Below are positions 9,430 through 19,700 of a DNA stretch of 32,000 nucleotides, one piece after another. The stretch comes from Desulfotalea psychrophila LSv54 (GTDB lineage Bacteria > Desulfobacterota > Desulfobulbia > Desulfobulbales > Desulfocapsaceae). The notes beneath the pieces are model-generated. The model saw only the letters and a program-made list of their open reading frames with translations. It was not told where the DNA came from and did not search any database. A program made the position numbers and the translations under genes. The stretch covers positions 2,160,001-2,192,000 of the forward strand of contig NC_006138.1 of assembly GCF_000025945.1 (NCBI RefSeq), in the 5' to 3' direction. Every line of letters starts with the position of its first letter. The stretch's first letter is position 1.

Positions 9430-11270
9430 TGAGTGATATTTTTCAGGTGAGACAGGAATTAAAGATTGGAAAAATCATCGAGGTGTCTGGCAATAATTTA
9501 CGTATAGAAATTGATGATAGTCTTAACGAGTTAATACGTATAGTTGATGGTCAGGTTTATCCTGTAGGTCAAATGGGCAGTATTATTAAAGTTCATTTTG
9601 GTAGGAAACTATTGTTTGCTTTTGTTCGATCGCTTAAGATGAGATCAGAATTGATTGCTGATGACAATAATCAGCCAATTAATGCCGCAGATGATGCCCG
9701 TATTTTAGAAGCAGATTTGTTTGGCCAAGGAACGTGGTCTGCTAGTAATTTACGTCTAGAATTCTCCCGTGGTGTAGAAACCTACCCTTTACCTTTACAA
9801 TGTGCTTATACTTGTCTTAACGATGAGTTGGAAGCAGTTTATAAAGCTGCAGAGTCAAACGCTCAAGATGAAGCCATTAGCCCAATGGTTCCAATTGGAA
9901 AATATATCGGGGGTAATAATGCTGTTTGCAGAGCAAATATAGATAAATTGTTTGGACATCATTTTGCAATTTTGGGTTCTACAGGATCTGGTAAATCAGC
10001 TACTGTTGCATCTATTTTACATTCTGTTTTAGACCACAGGCCTAATGATATCGTGCTAAAACCTAGAATTGTTATGATTGATCCTCATGGCGAATATGCT
10101 AGTGCTTTTGGTGGAAGAGCAAAAGTATATCGAGCATATAATGATTCATCTATTGCAAATAATGATGCAGAGATATTGAAATTACCCTATTGGCTTATGT
10201 CCAGTGATGAATTGAGATCTTTAATCATCGGGAAAACTGAGCACGAAGCCACATCTCAGAATAATATTGTCTATGAAGCAATTGCTTATTCTAGATTATT
10301 GGAAGCTAGTCTAATTCAAGATGTGGGCGCTGAACCAAATGGTGGATATGAAGCTGGTCGGGTTATTGGTATCACTGAAGAACAAGTTTTAAATTTTGAT
10401 AGAGATAAGCCAGTTCCATTTAAATTAGCTCAGTTCGTAAAACACATAGATAAGGTACAAGGACGTAAGGCTGGGAAACAGGATAACTTGGCTGCATCTT
10501 CAGGTCGCGACAAAGTTGAAAACATACTTAAGAAACTTAAAGTCCTTCGTTCGAATCCTCAACTAAATTTCTTGTTGGAGGAATATGATGAGAATGCTTC
10601 CCCTAAATTACAGGAAATATTAGCACAGTTCGTAGGTGAAGCAGGCGGAAAAGACATACGTATAATTGACATTTCTGGTCTTCCAAATGAAGTTGCCGGT
10701 CCTTTAACAGCATTGATCTCACGCCTTTTGTTTCAATATAAGCTTTGGCAAACAAGAGAAGAGAGAGAAAAAGATCCTATGTTGTTTGTATGCGAAGAAG
10801 CCCATCGTTATGTGCCTAATCATGGTGAGGCTCAATATAAGGAGGCTCAAGATGCAATTCGACGTATTGCCAAGGAAGGTCGTAAATATGGATTGGGTTT
10901 AGGGCTAATATCTCAAAGGCCTTCTGATGTAGAAAGCACCGTTCTTTCACAGTGTAACTCTTGGATTGTTCTTAGATTGTCTAATTCTAGTGACCAAGAG
11001 CATGTATCAAAGTTCTTACCAGATAGTTTAAATGGTTTAACCAAAATGCTATCCGCTCTTACAAGGCGTGAAGCGATTTTTGTAGGTGAGGCAGCGGCAC
11101 TTCCCAGTAGAATTCGGATTCGAAAATTATCGCCAGAGCAATTACCTGATTCTAACGATATAAAATTTGCCCAAGGCTGGTCTAATGATGCGATCAATGA
11201 TGCCGATCTGAAGGCCATTGTAAATCGTTGGAGCAATACAGAAGATCATCAAGCGCAAGCAGATAGTTAA
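9429..11270 (+). CDS. herA: HerA/FtsK-like ATP-binding protein (DUF87 helicase/translocase family)
   Basis: Walker A ILGSTGSGKSATVASIL, IVMIDPHGEYASAF, Walker B-like MLFVCEEAHRYVPNHG, LISQRPSDVESTVLSQCNSWIVLRLSN. Confidence 0.93.
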   Translation: MSDIFQVRQELKIGKIIEVSGNNLRIEIDDSLNELIRIVDGQVYPVGQMGSIIKVHFGRKLLFAFVRSLKMRSELIADDNNQPINAADDARILEADLFGQGTWSASNLRLEFSRGVETYPLPLQCAYTCLNDELEAVYKAAESNAQDEAISPMVPIGKYIGGNNAVCRANIDKLFGHHFAILGSTGSGKSATVASILHSVLDHRPNDIVLKPRIVMIDPHGEYASAFGGRAKVYRAYNDSSIANNDAEILKLPYWLMSSDELRSLIIGKTEHEATSQNNIVYEAIAYSRLLEASLIQDVGAEPNGGYEAGRVIGITEEQVLNFDRDKPVPFKLAQFVKHIDKVQGRKAGKQDNLAASSGRDKVENILKKLKVLRSNPQLNFLLEEYDENASPKLQEILAQFVGEAGGKDIRIIDISGLPNEVAGPLTALISRLLFQYKLWQTREEREKDPMLFVCEEAHRYVPNHGEAQYKEAQDAIRRIAKEGRKYGLGLGLISQRPSDVESTVLSQCNSWIVLRLSNSSDQEHVSKFLPDSLNGLTKMLSALTRREAIFVGEAAALPSRIRIRKLSPEQLPDSNDIKFAQGWSNDAINDADLKAIVNRWSNTEDHQAQADS

Positions 11271-11332
11271 TGACTGCCACCAAATATTAATACGTAAAAC
11301 AATCTTTCGCTAACTTATTTACTGAAATAGGT

Positions 11333-11776
11333 GGCCTTGTTGCATAAATCATGAGGGAAGAAAATCATCTTCCCTCTACTCCATTCCATCTTAGCAAACA
11401 GCCTCTCGAACAGGCATTTCTAAAGCGCTAATCTTGTTCAAAGCTTTAATCACAACGGACTTACCTGCTTGACCGTTGATGATATCCTGTTCCTTTCAAT
11501 TCACCTTAACTGTTTGGGCACGCCTGCTAACAGGTGTATCAAGAGCCCAGGGATCGATGACATCAGGTCAAAAATTGAATTTAGAAAACCTTCAGCAGCT
11601 CTGAGAAAAAGACCGTAAATGGTTCCATCAAACAAATCATGCATCATCAGTGTGCTTGTGGCTACGATCACGCTGTCCTGATGTACCAACTTTCAATCGC
11701 TTTCTTGTCCACCCAAAACGTCAACGCCGTTGCTTTAGCGCTCTGTTGTATTCAGGCCAATTTGTGCAACAAGGCC
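11333..11776 (-). mobile_element. Internally deleted IS5-family (IS903-like group) insertion sequence relic
   Basis: Terminal inverted repeats GGCCTTGTTGCATAAAT (11333-11349) and ATTTGTGCAACAAGGCC (11760-11776), 16/17 match. Flanked by gaaataggt (11324-11332) and aaaataggt (11777-11785), 8/9 match. Minus-strand fragments resemble IS903-type transposase (LTFWVDKKAIESWY; GTIYGLFLRAAEGFLNSIFDLM). Confidence 0.85.
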
Positions 11777-12020
11777 AAAATAGGTTAGAAAAACATTGAT
11801 GGTTATCTCGAGATATTCGGTTTGAAAAATATTTAATAAATCATTGCACTGGGCCAAGCACTCGTCATGCTCTCAATTTACCGCAAAGTACGGTGCTAAC
11901 ACTCCACTGCTTCCTGTTGTTTCTGATAGCTGATAACTGACAGCTTAAAGCTACCCTCTCTCTCAGCTGTAGGCCCTGTTTTTTCTAGCATCTAGCATCT
12001 CGTATCTTTCCCTTGTCTCT

Positions 12021-12110
12021 TCAGTGGAATAGATGATATTATGGCCCTGTAAGGATGGACCTTGTATTCCACATTAAGTCTTAGATATGGTAATAAGAGG
12101 AGTTGGAAGG
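12021..12110 (+). repeat. Diverged dispersed repeat, copy 1, just upstream of the racemase gene
   Basis: tcagtggaatagatgatattatggccctgtaaggatggaccttgtattccacattaagtcttagatatggtaataagagg aligns with 13922-14011. Confidence 0.5.
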
Positions 12111-12158
12111 CTGACACCTGGGAAGGTCAATGATTAACCTTATATTACTTTTAAATTT

Positions 12159-12881
12159 ATGGAGAACAATAATATGAAAACAATTGGAATGTTAGGTGGG
12201 ATGAGCTGGGAATCCACCGCCAGCTATTATAAGGCAATTAATGAGGGCGTTAAGGCTGAGCTTGGCGGTTTGCACTCCGCAAAAATCTGTCTGTACAGCG
12301 TAAATTTCGACGAAATTGAAAAGCTCCAGCATGAGGGTAACTGGCAGGAAACGGCAGTGATCCTAGCCAATGCAGCTCAATTGGTTGAGGCCGGCGGTGC
12401 CGATTTTTTACTGATCTGTACCAATACCATGCATAAGGTGGCTCCAGAAATTGAGGCGGAAATTTCCATTCCCCTTCTCCACATTGCCGATGCTACTGCC
12501 AATAAATTGCTAGCCGATGGCATTAAAAAGGTGGGCTTGCTTGGTACCCGCTTTACCATGGAAGAGGATTTCTATAAGAGTCGTCTCGTCGATAAATTTG
12601 GTATTGAGGTGGTTGTTCCTGACACCGATGACCGGACTATTGTTCACAACATAATTTATGATGAGCTGTGTCGAGGCATTATCAATCCTCAGTCGAGAGA
12701 GCAGTATATAAGTATCGTAAGTGGATTGCATGAACAGGGTGCTGAGGCCGTAATCTTAGGCTGTACTGAAATAGCCCTGCTTATCCAACAGGTACACACC
12801 CCCGTACCACTGTATGATACGACCGAAATTCATGCTGCTCAGGCTGTTCAATTGGCAATATCTGCTGAGATGGTGGTATAA
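12159..12881 (+). CDS. Aspartate/glutamate racemase family protein
   Basis: Real start likely the ATG in MKTIGMLGGMSWESTASYYKAIN (about 12174). FLLICTNTMHKVAPEIE and EAVILGCTEIALL catalytic cysteine motifs. Confidence 0.93.
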   Translation: MENNNMKTIGMLGGMSWESTASYYKAINEGVKAELGGLHSAKICLYSVNFDEIEKLQHEGNWQETAVILANAAQLVEAGGADFLLICTNTMHKVAPEIEAEISIPLLHIADATANKLLADGIKKVGLLGTRFTMEEDFYKSRLVDKFGIEVVVPDTDDRTIVHNIIYDELCRGIINPQSREQYISIVSGLHEQGAEAVILGCTEIALLIQQVHTPVPLYDTTEIHAAQAVQLAISAEMVV

Positions 12882-13166
12882 TAATTACATTCAGTCGACC
12901 CCCGTTTGCAATTGGGGCCCTCTGCTCTCCTCATCAAGTGGAGGATGGTGCCGAAACTGGGCGAATGGATCGATTTCCTACCCTTTGGCAATCTGTTCTT
13001 GTCTTACAGGCTTTTCGCACTATATTACAGTGAGTAAAAACTGGTCGGTAAGATTGTAGGTAATCTGGAGCATGTGGCAGGCATTCGGAGAGCACTTTTT
13101 ATTGAATGACGCCCATTTTCTGGATAATAATTTGTTATAAAATAAATCTCAACAAGGAGTAACCCA

Positions 13167-13270
13167 TGGCTAAAGGTCAAGATTCCAAAAAGAGCGTAAA
13201 AAAAGTGTCCGAAAAAACATTGAAAGAAAAGCGCAAAGAGAAAAAAGAAAAGAAAGCCAATAAAAACTAA
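13167..13270 (+). CDS. Small Lys-rich ORF (about 34 aa if the frame is joined), reading frame interrupted at A_AAA_AAG
   Basis: RBS-like AAGGAG before ATG; MAKGQDSKKSVKK then, in the -1 frame, VSEKTLKEKRKEKKEKKANKN*. Distance from ATG to the terminal TAA is 104 nt, not a multiple of 3. Confidence 0.4.
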
Positions 13271-13687
13271 TTTGATATTATCAACCGATGAGAGCTACCA
13301 GAACCTGTCTTTGCCACAAATTCTGGAGAAGAGCCAAGAAGAAGAATGAAAGCACTATAAAATTTATAACCAATCATTCGAGGGTGACGGTATACCGCCG
13401 CATCTCAATTCAACCGTTATGCATGTTTTATCTCATTGATGGGTATGCTATTTAAAATAGCGGATATTTTATCGGTTAATTGGCTCTTTGTTTCTTTAAC
13501 CAATTCTAAGGTTACCGTGGTGATTTTTATGCTTGAATAGTGGTAGCTCATTTGCCGTTAGCGAGCTGAAAGCATCCTGCTCACTAGGTTAAATTGTTAT
13601 TGTTGATGTATAACAAAGCAATCAAGGTGATACCTTATATTCGGCAGTTTTGCTACGGAGTTCGGTGCGCTTTATTGGTTTACCGTT

Positions 13688-13719
13688 ACCCCCCACTTCC
13701 ACTCGTTAAGGTGGGGGGT
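13688..13719. repeat. GC-rich hairpin ACCCCCCAC ... GTGGGGGGT
   Basis: Perfect 9-bp inverted repeat with a 14-nt loop; no T-tract afterwards. Confidence 0.6.
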
Positions 13720-13921
13720 GCTAGGGTCTCAGAAGACCTATTGTAGATAGCTGATCTGCAGGATGTTCATAAGGAGTTCCACAAGGACCATGGAGAAGTA
13801 GCAATACCTCCCCGGGTCAGAGTAGAGGTGGCTGAATCAGCTTTTCCTTGATTTTACCAAGTGAGCTTCTGCTTTCTCCTGTTGCTGACAGCTGTCCTTT
13901 CTCTCATCAAATTTTCCACAG

Positions 13922-14011
13922 TTCAGTGAAACAGATGCTCTTATGGCCCTGTAAGGATTGGTCTTATGTTCCGTGTTACGCTTTAGATACGGGGATAAGA
14001 GGAAGAAAGAT
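13922..14011 (+). repeat. Diverged dispersed repeat, copy 2
   Basis: ttcagtgaaacagatgctcttatggccctgtaaggattggtcttatgttccgtgttacgctttagatacggggataagagg aligns with 12021-12110. Confidence 0.5.
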
Positions 14012-14583
14012 GGCTTATTAGGTCTCTGCTGGGTTCCTCGATATCCGCAGTGAAAGATTTAATCCCGGAGACAATAGCCAAACTACCGCCAAAGAAGGTT
14101 AAAAGTATTGCTCTGTGATGATCGCCATCATCCTCAGCTGAAGATCAACGAAGATACATTTTTGTTGGTAGCACTCCCCATCTTCTTCTACCTATTTCTT
14201 CTCTTTTTAAGAATATTTAAAATTGTTGGAGGTCGGCTTATATTGGTTTCCGCTCTGCTTATTTCAACAATACCTGATCTGGGGATGAGAGAAGGATAGC
14301 TGCCCCGCTGAGTGTCTCCCTCTCTTTACATTTGTATAACCCCTTCCCGCTGATGTATAACGATCTTTAGAGGTTATTGTTTGAGAGGCCCTGCTTTTCG
14401 GTCTTTTCCTCTTTTATGCAAGGTGATGAGGTGTGAGAGGTCCTCTCTTATCGTCATGGCTTTGGCCATATTTTCCATAAGATAAAATAAAAGGGGCCCA
14501 ATGAGAGATCTTCTCTATCAGGGCCGGGGAATTGGCGGACCAGGGGCATCGCCCTAGCCCTCGCCTTTTTACTTGCCGAAGAA

Positions 14584-15084
14584 TTGGTTAAGCCAATCGG
14601 GGTCTCCACTCAGTTTGTCATTCTTGATGGCATTGTCTGGAACCTGCTTGATGAGAGGGTGGTGGTGGAGAATAGTGCACACAAAAGCGGCTACTCAAGT
14701 CCCAACGCCTATCTCAATAAGAGTGGCGGAAAGTATGCAAAAAATATCGTCCATCCCCTCAACTATAGCTTTGTTTTTGTGTTGGCAATGATTGTAGGCG
14801 CTTTTGTTGCCCGGAAAATGCAACATAGAGAGGAGAAAGCAAAAATAATAACCGTCCCAACAGTTTGTCTGCGAAGATTTGGCAGTTCTTCGCCTAAAAG
14901 ATATCTGGTAACCTTTCTGGGAGGTCTCTTCGTCCTCTTTGGCTCACGTCTTGCAGGTGGCTGTACCAGTGGTCATATGATGAGTGGTATGATGCAGACC
15001 TCTCTTAGTGGCTATCTCTTTGCTCTGGGTGCCTTTGCCGTGGCCATCCCCATGGCCATTCTTATCTATGGAAGGGAGGAGTAA
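14584..15084 (+). CDS. YeeE/YedE-family membrane transporter subunit (sulfur-compound transport related), N-terminus unclear
   Basis: KPIGVSTQFVILDGIVWNLL, GGLFVLFGSRLAGGCTSGHMMSGMMQTSLSG. Coding similarity extends upstream (GIALALAFLLAEELVKPIGVS), but the plausible start ATG at 14501 (MRDLLYQGR) is in another frame. Confidence 0.75.
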   Translation: MVKPIGVSTQFVILDGIVWNLLDERVVVENSAHKSGYSSPNAYLNKSGGKYAKNIVHPLNYSFVFVLAMIVGAFVARKMQHREEKAKIITVPTVCLRRFGSSSPKRYLVTFLGGLFVLFGSRLAGGCTSGHMMSGMMQTSLSGYLFALGAFAVAIPMAILIYGREE

Positions 15085-15085
15085 T

Positions 15086-15652
15086 ATGTCTATTGTCCTT
15101 GCGATTGTCTTAGGCTTGTTCTTTGGCTTTGTCCTGCAAAAGATAGGTGCGGCAGATCCACAAATTATCATTGATATGTTACGCCTTAAAAACCTTCACC
15201 TAATGAAGGCCATTCTCCTTGCCATTGGCCTCAGTAGTTTAGCCTTATTTTCTTTGCTTAATCTTGGCTTTATCGACATGGGAAATCTAAGTGTAAAGGC
15301 CTCTTATGTAGGGGTAATTGTTGGTGGTGCCATTATGGGCTTGGGTTGGGCCATTTCTGGATTTTGTCCAGGAACGGGTCTTGCCGCCCTTGGCACTGGC
15401 CGCAAAGATGCCCTGTTTTTTGTTTTAGGCGGCCTCGTTGGCGCTCAGCTTTTCACCCTTGTTTACGCGGCACTAAAAGGCACTTTTTTATTTAAAAGTT
15501 TAGGTGGCAAAATGACCTTGGCTGCAACGGGTAATAACGCCTTACAAACATTCTTTCCATCAATTTCAGCCGTTCTTGTTGCCGGGGCTATTGCCATTAT
15601 TCTTATACTGATTGCCTGGAAACTGCCAGAAAAGCAGGGGGATAATTTTTAG
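15086..15652 (+). CDS. YeeE/YedE family protein (DUF6691-like), second subunit
   Basis: MSIVLAIVLGLFFGFVLQKIGAADPQIIIDMLRLKNLHLMKAILLAIG...GAIMGLGWAISGFCPGTGLAALGTG. Start set at the ATG just after the upstream stop rather than the longer track ORF. Confidence 0.82.
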   Translation: MSIVLAIVLGLFFGFVLQKIGAADPQIIIDMLRLKNLHLMKAILLAIGLSSLALFSLLNLGFIDMGNLSVKASYVGVIVGGAIMGLGWAISGFCPGTGLAALGTGRKDALFFVLGGLVGAQLFTLVYAALKGTFLFKSLGGKMTLAATGNNALQTFFPSISAVLVAGAIAIILILIAWKLPEKQGDNF

Positions 15653-15785
15653 CATCTTTCTATGGCTCGTAACTCTCATTGTCATAGGAGATGCTTTTTG
15701 CTATGGTCAGCTCTGCCCAAAAGGTCAGTGCTTTAGTTGAGATAGGACCAGGCCGCATCACCCATAACCCATAAAATGGTGCCCC

Positions 15786-16349
15786 ATGTACGAACACGAT
15801 TTAAGTCTTGTAATTGATGAGGATCATCCCGCCTACAGGTGGGCTAAAAAACAGTCAGACTCAGTCTCTGCCCTAGGTCACATCGGCACCCATATTGATT
15901 GTTACCAACATGTTCCCGAAAAAAATGACTACCAGGTAGAGACCGTGGTTTTGGACTGTTCTGAGAGAATGCCCTTGCCAGCAGAGATAGAGGGTCTGGA
16001 CTTATCAGGGAAGGCCCTTGTTTTGTTCAGCGGCAACCTGGAAAAAAATGGTTACGGTTCACCGGAATATGGCGCCGAGAAGACGATTTTGCCAAGTGCT
16101 GTTCTTGATCTCATTCTGACAAAATCGCCAGCATTTATCCTTATAGATAGCTATGGCATCGGTGCTCACGGTGAAGAGCATATCTCCTTTGATAAGAGAT
16201 GTGAGGCAGAGAAATGTTTTGTTATTGAAAACGTTTTATTAACTGCTAGCATAGTCTTCTCTCTTACTCGCCTGAAAATACAATTTAACAGGGCGTTTGC
16301 AGCTACGGCAATACCATGTAAGCTGAGGGCCAGTACAGCATATCTCTAA
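15786..16349 (+). CDS. Cyclase family protein (kynurenine formamidase-like fold)
   Basis: HDLSLVIDEDHP..., HIGTHIDCY metal-binding motif, KALVLFSG, FILIDSYGIG, CFVIENVLLTASI. Confidence 0.78.
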   Translation: MYEHDLSLVIDEDHPAYRWAKKQSDSVSALGHIGTHIDCYQHVPEKNDYQVETVVLDCSERMPLPAEIEGLDLSGKALVLFSGNLEKNGYGSPEYGAEKTILPSAVLDLILTKSPAFILIDSYGIGAHGEEHISFDKRCEAEKCFVIENVLLTASIVFSLTRLKIQFNRAFAATAIPCKLRASTAYL

Positions 16350-16586
16350 GCTGACAAAATCAATATTTACTCTAGCTGAAGGTGGTCGACAGTTCTCCCC
16401 TAGACCCTCTCTTAAGAATATTCTGTTTTTTCTTTAAGATTTTACTTGGCAGTAATCCAGCTGCAAAACCTCACCTCTTAGCAAGGAAGATGGCTACCCC
16501 CGCATTAAAAGGTCTGTATAGGTGAGACCGATGTCCGGAAGACTTTTTCTCTGTGCTTTACTGTTGAAATTATAGCCGTTTTTTAG

Positions 16587-16616
16587 TTGTACTAGTCATC
16601 ATCCTTGCAGTATAAG
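16587..16616 (+). promoter_or_regulatory. Candidate sigma70-like promoter for kinase 1
   Basis: TTGTAC-N18-TATAAG, with the same 18-nt spacer and TTGCAG before the -10 as at the two paralogues. Confidence 0.45.
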
Positions 16617-16737
16617 TTTGTCCTACAGGGGTAGTTCTACTGTCCCAATCATGGTCTGGATGAAAGGGTCCTCCTCGTTTAAGAGAGGCCATGACATCAG
16701 TTGTTCTTTCAGCATATCTATATAGTTTTTTTAAGTT

Positions 16738-19700
16738 GTGAAGAGTTTAAAAATGAATTTTTTTTTAAGAAGTATCCTCCACTTTTTCTATCCTTGCCTG
16801 CTCATTGCCCTCTTGTGGGCGACGCCATCATTTGCCGCTGAAATCCAAAAAGAGCCAGATAGCCGTCAGGTTCTTATCGTTCAATCCGGTTATGAAGGTT
16901 ATCCATGGACAGATTCGCAAAATAAGGGCATTCAAGATGTTTTTTCTGCTGCCCCCCAACCAACCGATTTCTTTTTTGAGTATATTGACACCAAAAGAAA
17001 TCACGGCAAAGCCTATTTAAAAAATTTACAAAAATTCTGGGAAATTAAATATCGTAACCAGCAAATTGATCTTATTATTACCTGCGATAATCAGGCCTAT
17101 GAATTTATCATTAAAAATAGAATCTCTCTATTTCAAAATATCCCTCTGGTCTTTGCCGGGATGAATAAATTTAAGCCCGCTATGTTGAGGGGAAAGAGGC
17201 TGGTCACGGGGGTCACCGAAGAAAACGATCTTGAGGCAACCATTGACATTGCCCTTCGTCTTCATCCAAAGACTAAAAAGCTTGTCTTTATCATCCCTGG
17301 TGCTCAGCCGTATCGTTTGCAGTGGTTTAAAGATCTTCCCGTTCGCTATAGAGAAGAGGTAGAACAGATAATTATCACGGCAAGAGAGCTGGATGAAATT
17401 GATCGAGAGCTTGACAGTCTTGGCCCAAACTTGGTCGCCATTCTTCTCAACAGTGTCGTTGTCAGAGACGGCATTTATATGTCCTTTGAAAAATTTGTTA
17501 TCCATCTGGCAACAAATAGGCCATTTCCCCTCTATACACTCTGGGATAATACCCTAGGCCAGGGTATTGTTGGTGGTAAGTTAATAAGAGGAGAGTTACA
17601 GGGACGTAAGGCGGCTGAACTGGCATTGAAGATTTTACGGGGCATCCCTGTCGCGGAATTGCCCATTCTTGAGAAAATTCCAAATCAGTATATGTTTGAT
17701 TGGCACCAATTACAGAGATTTAACATTGATATAAGTGATCTGCCTGCGGAGGCAGTTGTCGTTAATAGACCTATCTCCTTTTATGCTCAAAATAAGCGAT
17801 TGGTGCAGGTGACCCTGAGCGGCATTTTTCTTCTCCTCCTTTTGGTTATTTCCCTTGCCACAGCGGTTATTAATCTGAAAAAAGCGCAGAAGAAGGTGTT
17901 TCTCTCCGATGATATATTGGAACAGATGCCTGAAGCCATCGTTCTTACAGGTATGGATGGAAATATTGAAAAGTGGCTTGGCAGGGCAGAGGAGATCTTT
18001 GGTTACTCTGAGAGTGACTGCCTTGGTCGTGCCCTGGCCTTTAATCAGTCCTCGGAACTTAATATAACGGAGCAGATAGAGGCAGGTATTGAGAAGAGTA
18101 GTAGGTTTCTGGGTGAGATAGCCTGTCTGAGAAAGGATGGTACCTCAGTTCCCATTGAGGTAACGTCTACAAGGGCTTTTTCCAGATCTGGAATAGCGGT
18201 GGGTACCATTAGTATCCTTCAGGATATCAGCGAACGAAGAGAGGCTAAGGAGTCCCTACGGGCAAGTGAGGACCGGTTTAGAAAGATGATAGCAAAATCA
18301 CCGATGCCCACCATGCTCACCAATCAAAACTATGACATTGCTTTTGTTAACGATAAATTCACAGAACTCTTTGGCTACAGACTAGAAGATATAGAAACAG
18401 GAAGAAAATGGTGGAAGAGCGCCTATCCAGATGCAAATTATCGAAGACGTGCTGAGGAAGGTTGGCGGGTTGCCATAAAAAAAATGCTTGCCGGTGATGC
18501 AGATATGGCAAGGCAGGAGTGGGATCTGACCGTAAAGGATGGTAGTGTACGTAGATGTGAATTTTATATGGTGCCCATAGAGGATTTATCACTGGTCATT
18601 GTCAATGATATTTCTCAACGCGTACGTGAGGCCAGTGAGAAAAATAAACTTGAATTACGCCTGCGGCAAGCGCAGAAGATGGAGGCTATTGGTGCTCTGG
18701 CCGGGGGCATTGCCCATGATTTTAATAATATTCTGGCTGTAATTCTTGGTTATGCAGAGCTTGCCAAAGATGAAATCCCGGCAAACTCGATAATAGGTGA
18801 AGATCTGGATCAGGTTATTGAGGGGGGTAATCGGGCTAAAGAGTTGGTAAAACAAATTCTTGCCTTTAGTCGTCAGGAGAAGGTGAAGCGTCTCCCCTTG
18901 CAGGTTCAGGTGCTTCTGAAAGAGACAATGAGAATGCTCAGGCCCTCCCTCCCCTCTACCATAGAGATCCAGACGGAAATAGATCCCCTATGTGGCTTTG
19001 TCCTGGCCGATCCAACTCAAGTGCATCAAATTATAATGAATCTCTGCACCAATGCCAACCATGCCATGGAAAAATCGGGGGGGAGGCTTGATATTGAGCT
19101 GAAGAGAATCTCTGTTGATGAGGGAAACAGGCATAAATACTCATCTCTTGTGCCGGGTGATTATGTTGTCTTGGTTGTCGCCGATACAGGGGAGGGCATA
19201 GCCCCCCATAATATTGGTAAAATATTTGAGCCATATTTTACCACTAAAGAGATTGGTAAGGGTACGGGAATGGGGCTTGCCACCATTCATGGGATTATCC
19301 GTGAGTATGGCGGGATAATAGATGTTGCAAGTGATCCTGAGCACGGATCTGTCTTTAGTGTGTTTTTTCCAGTAATTACTACAGAGAAAGTAGTTGCTGA
19401 TACTGTTGCTCAGGATTCTCCTCAGGACAGGGGCAGGATACTTCTGGTGGATGATGAAAAGCTACTGCTTACGGTGATCCAAAAGGTTTTGGCACGACTT
19501 GACTATAGGGTAACGACAAAAAGCAGCAGCTTGGAGGCATTGACCATCTTTAAAGAGAGTCCGGATGCATTCGATGCGATTATTACCGATCAAACCATGC
19601 CTGACATGGTCGGCTCAGATCTCGCTCAGGAAATTTTAAAAATCAGAGCTGATATTCCCATCATTCTCTGTACAGGATACAGTGATCAATTTGATGCGGA

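Noticed and set aside
11501-11689. Independent small minus-strand protein 11501..11689
   Set aside because: Best interpreted as a fragment of the decayed IS5-family transposase, not a functional gene.
8263-11785. SIR2-HerA plus IS relic as a completely new defence system
   Set aside because: The two-gene architecture corresponds to an already described defence type; no additional conserved partner gene is present.
12814-14299. ORFs 12814..13059 + and 14108..14299 + around the racemase and downstream gap
   Set aside because: No recognisable domains or convincing ribosome-binding context; the first overlaps the racemase 3' end.
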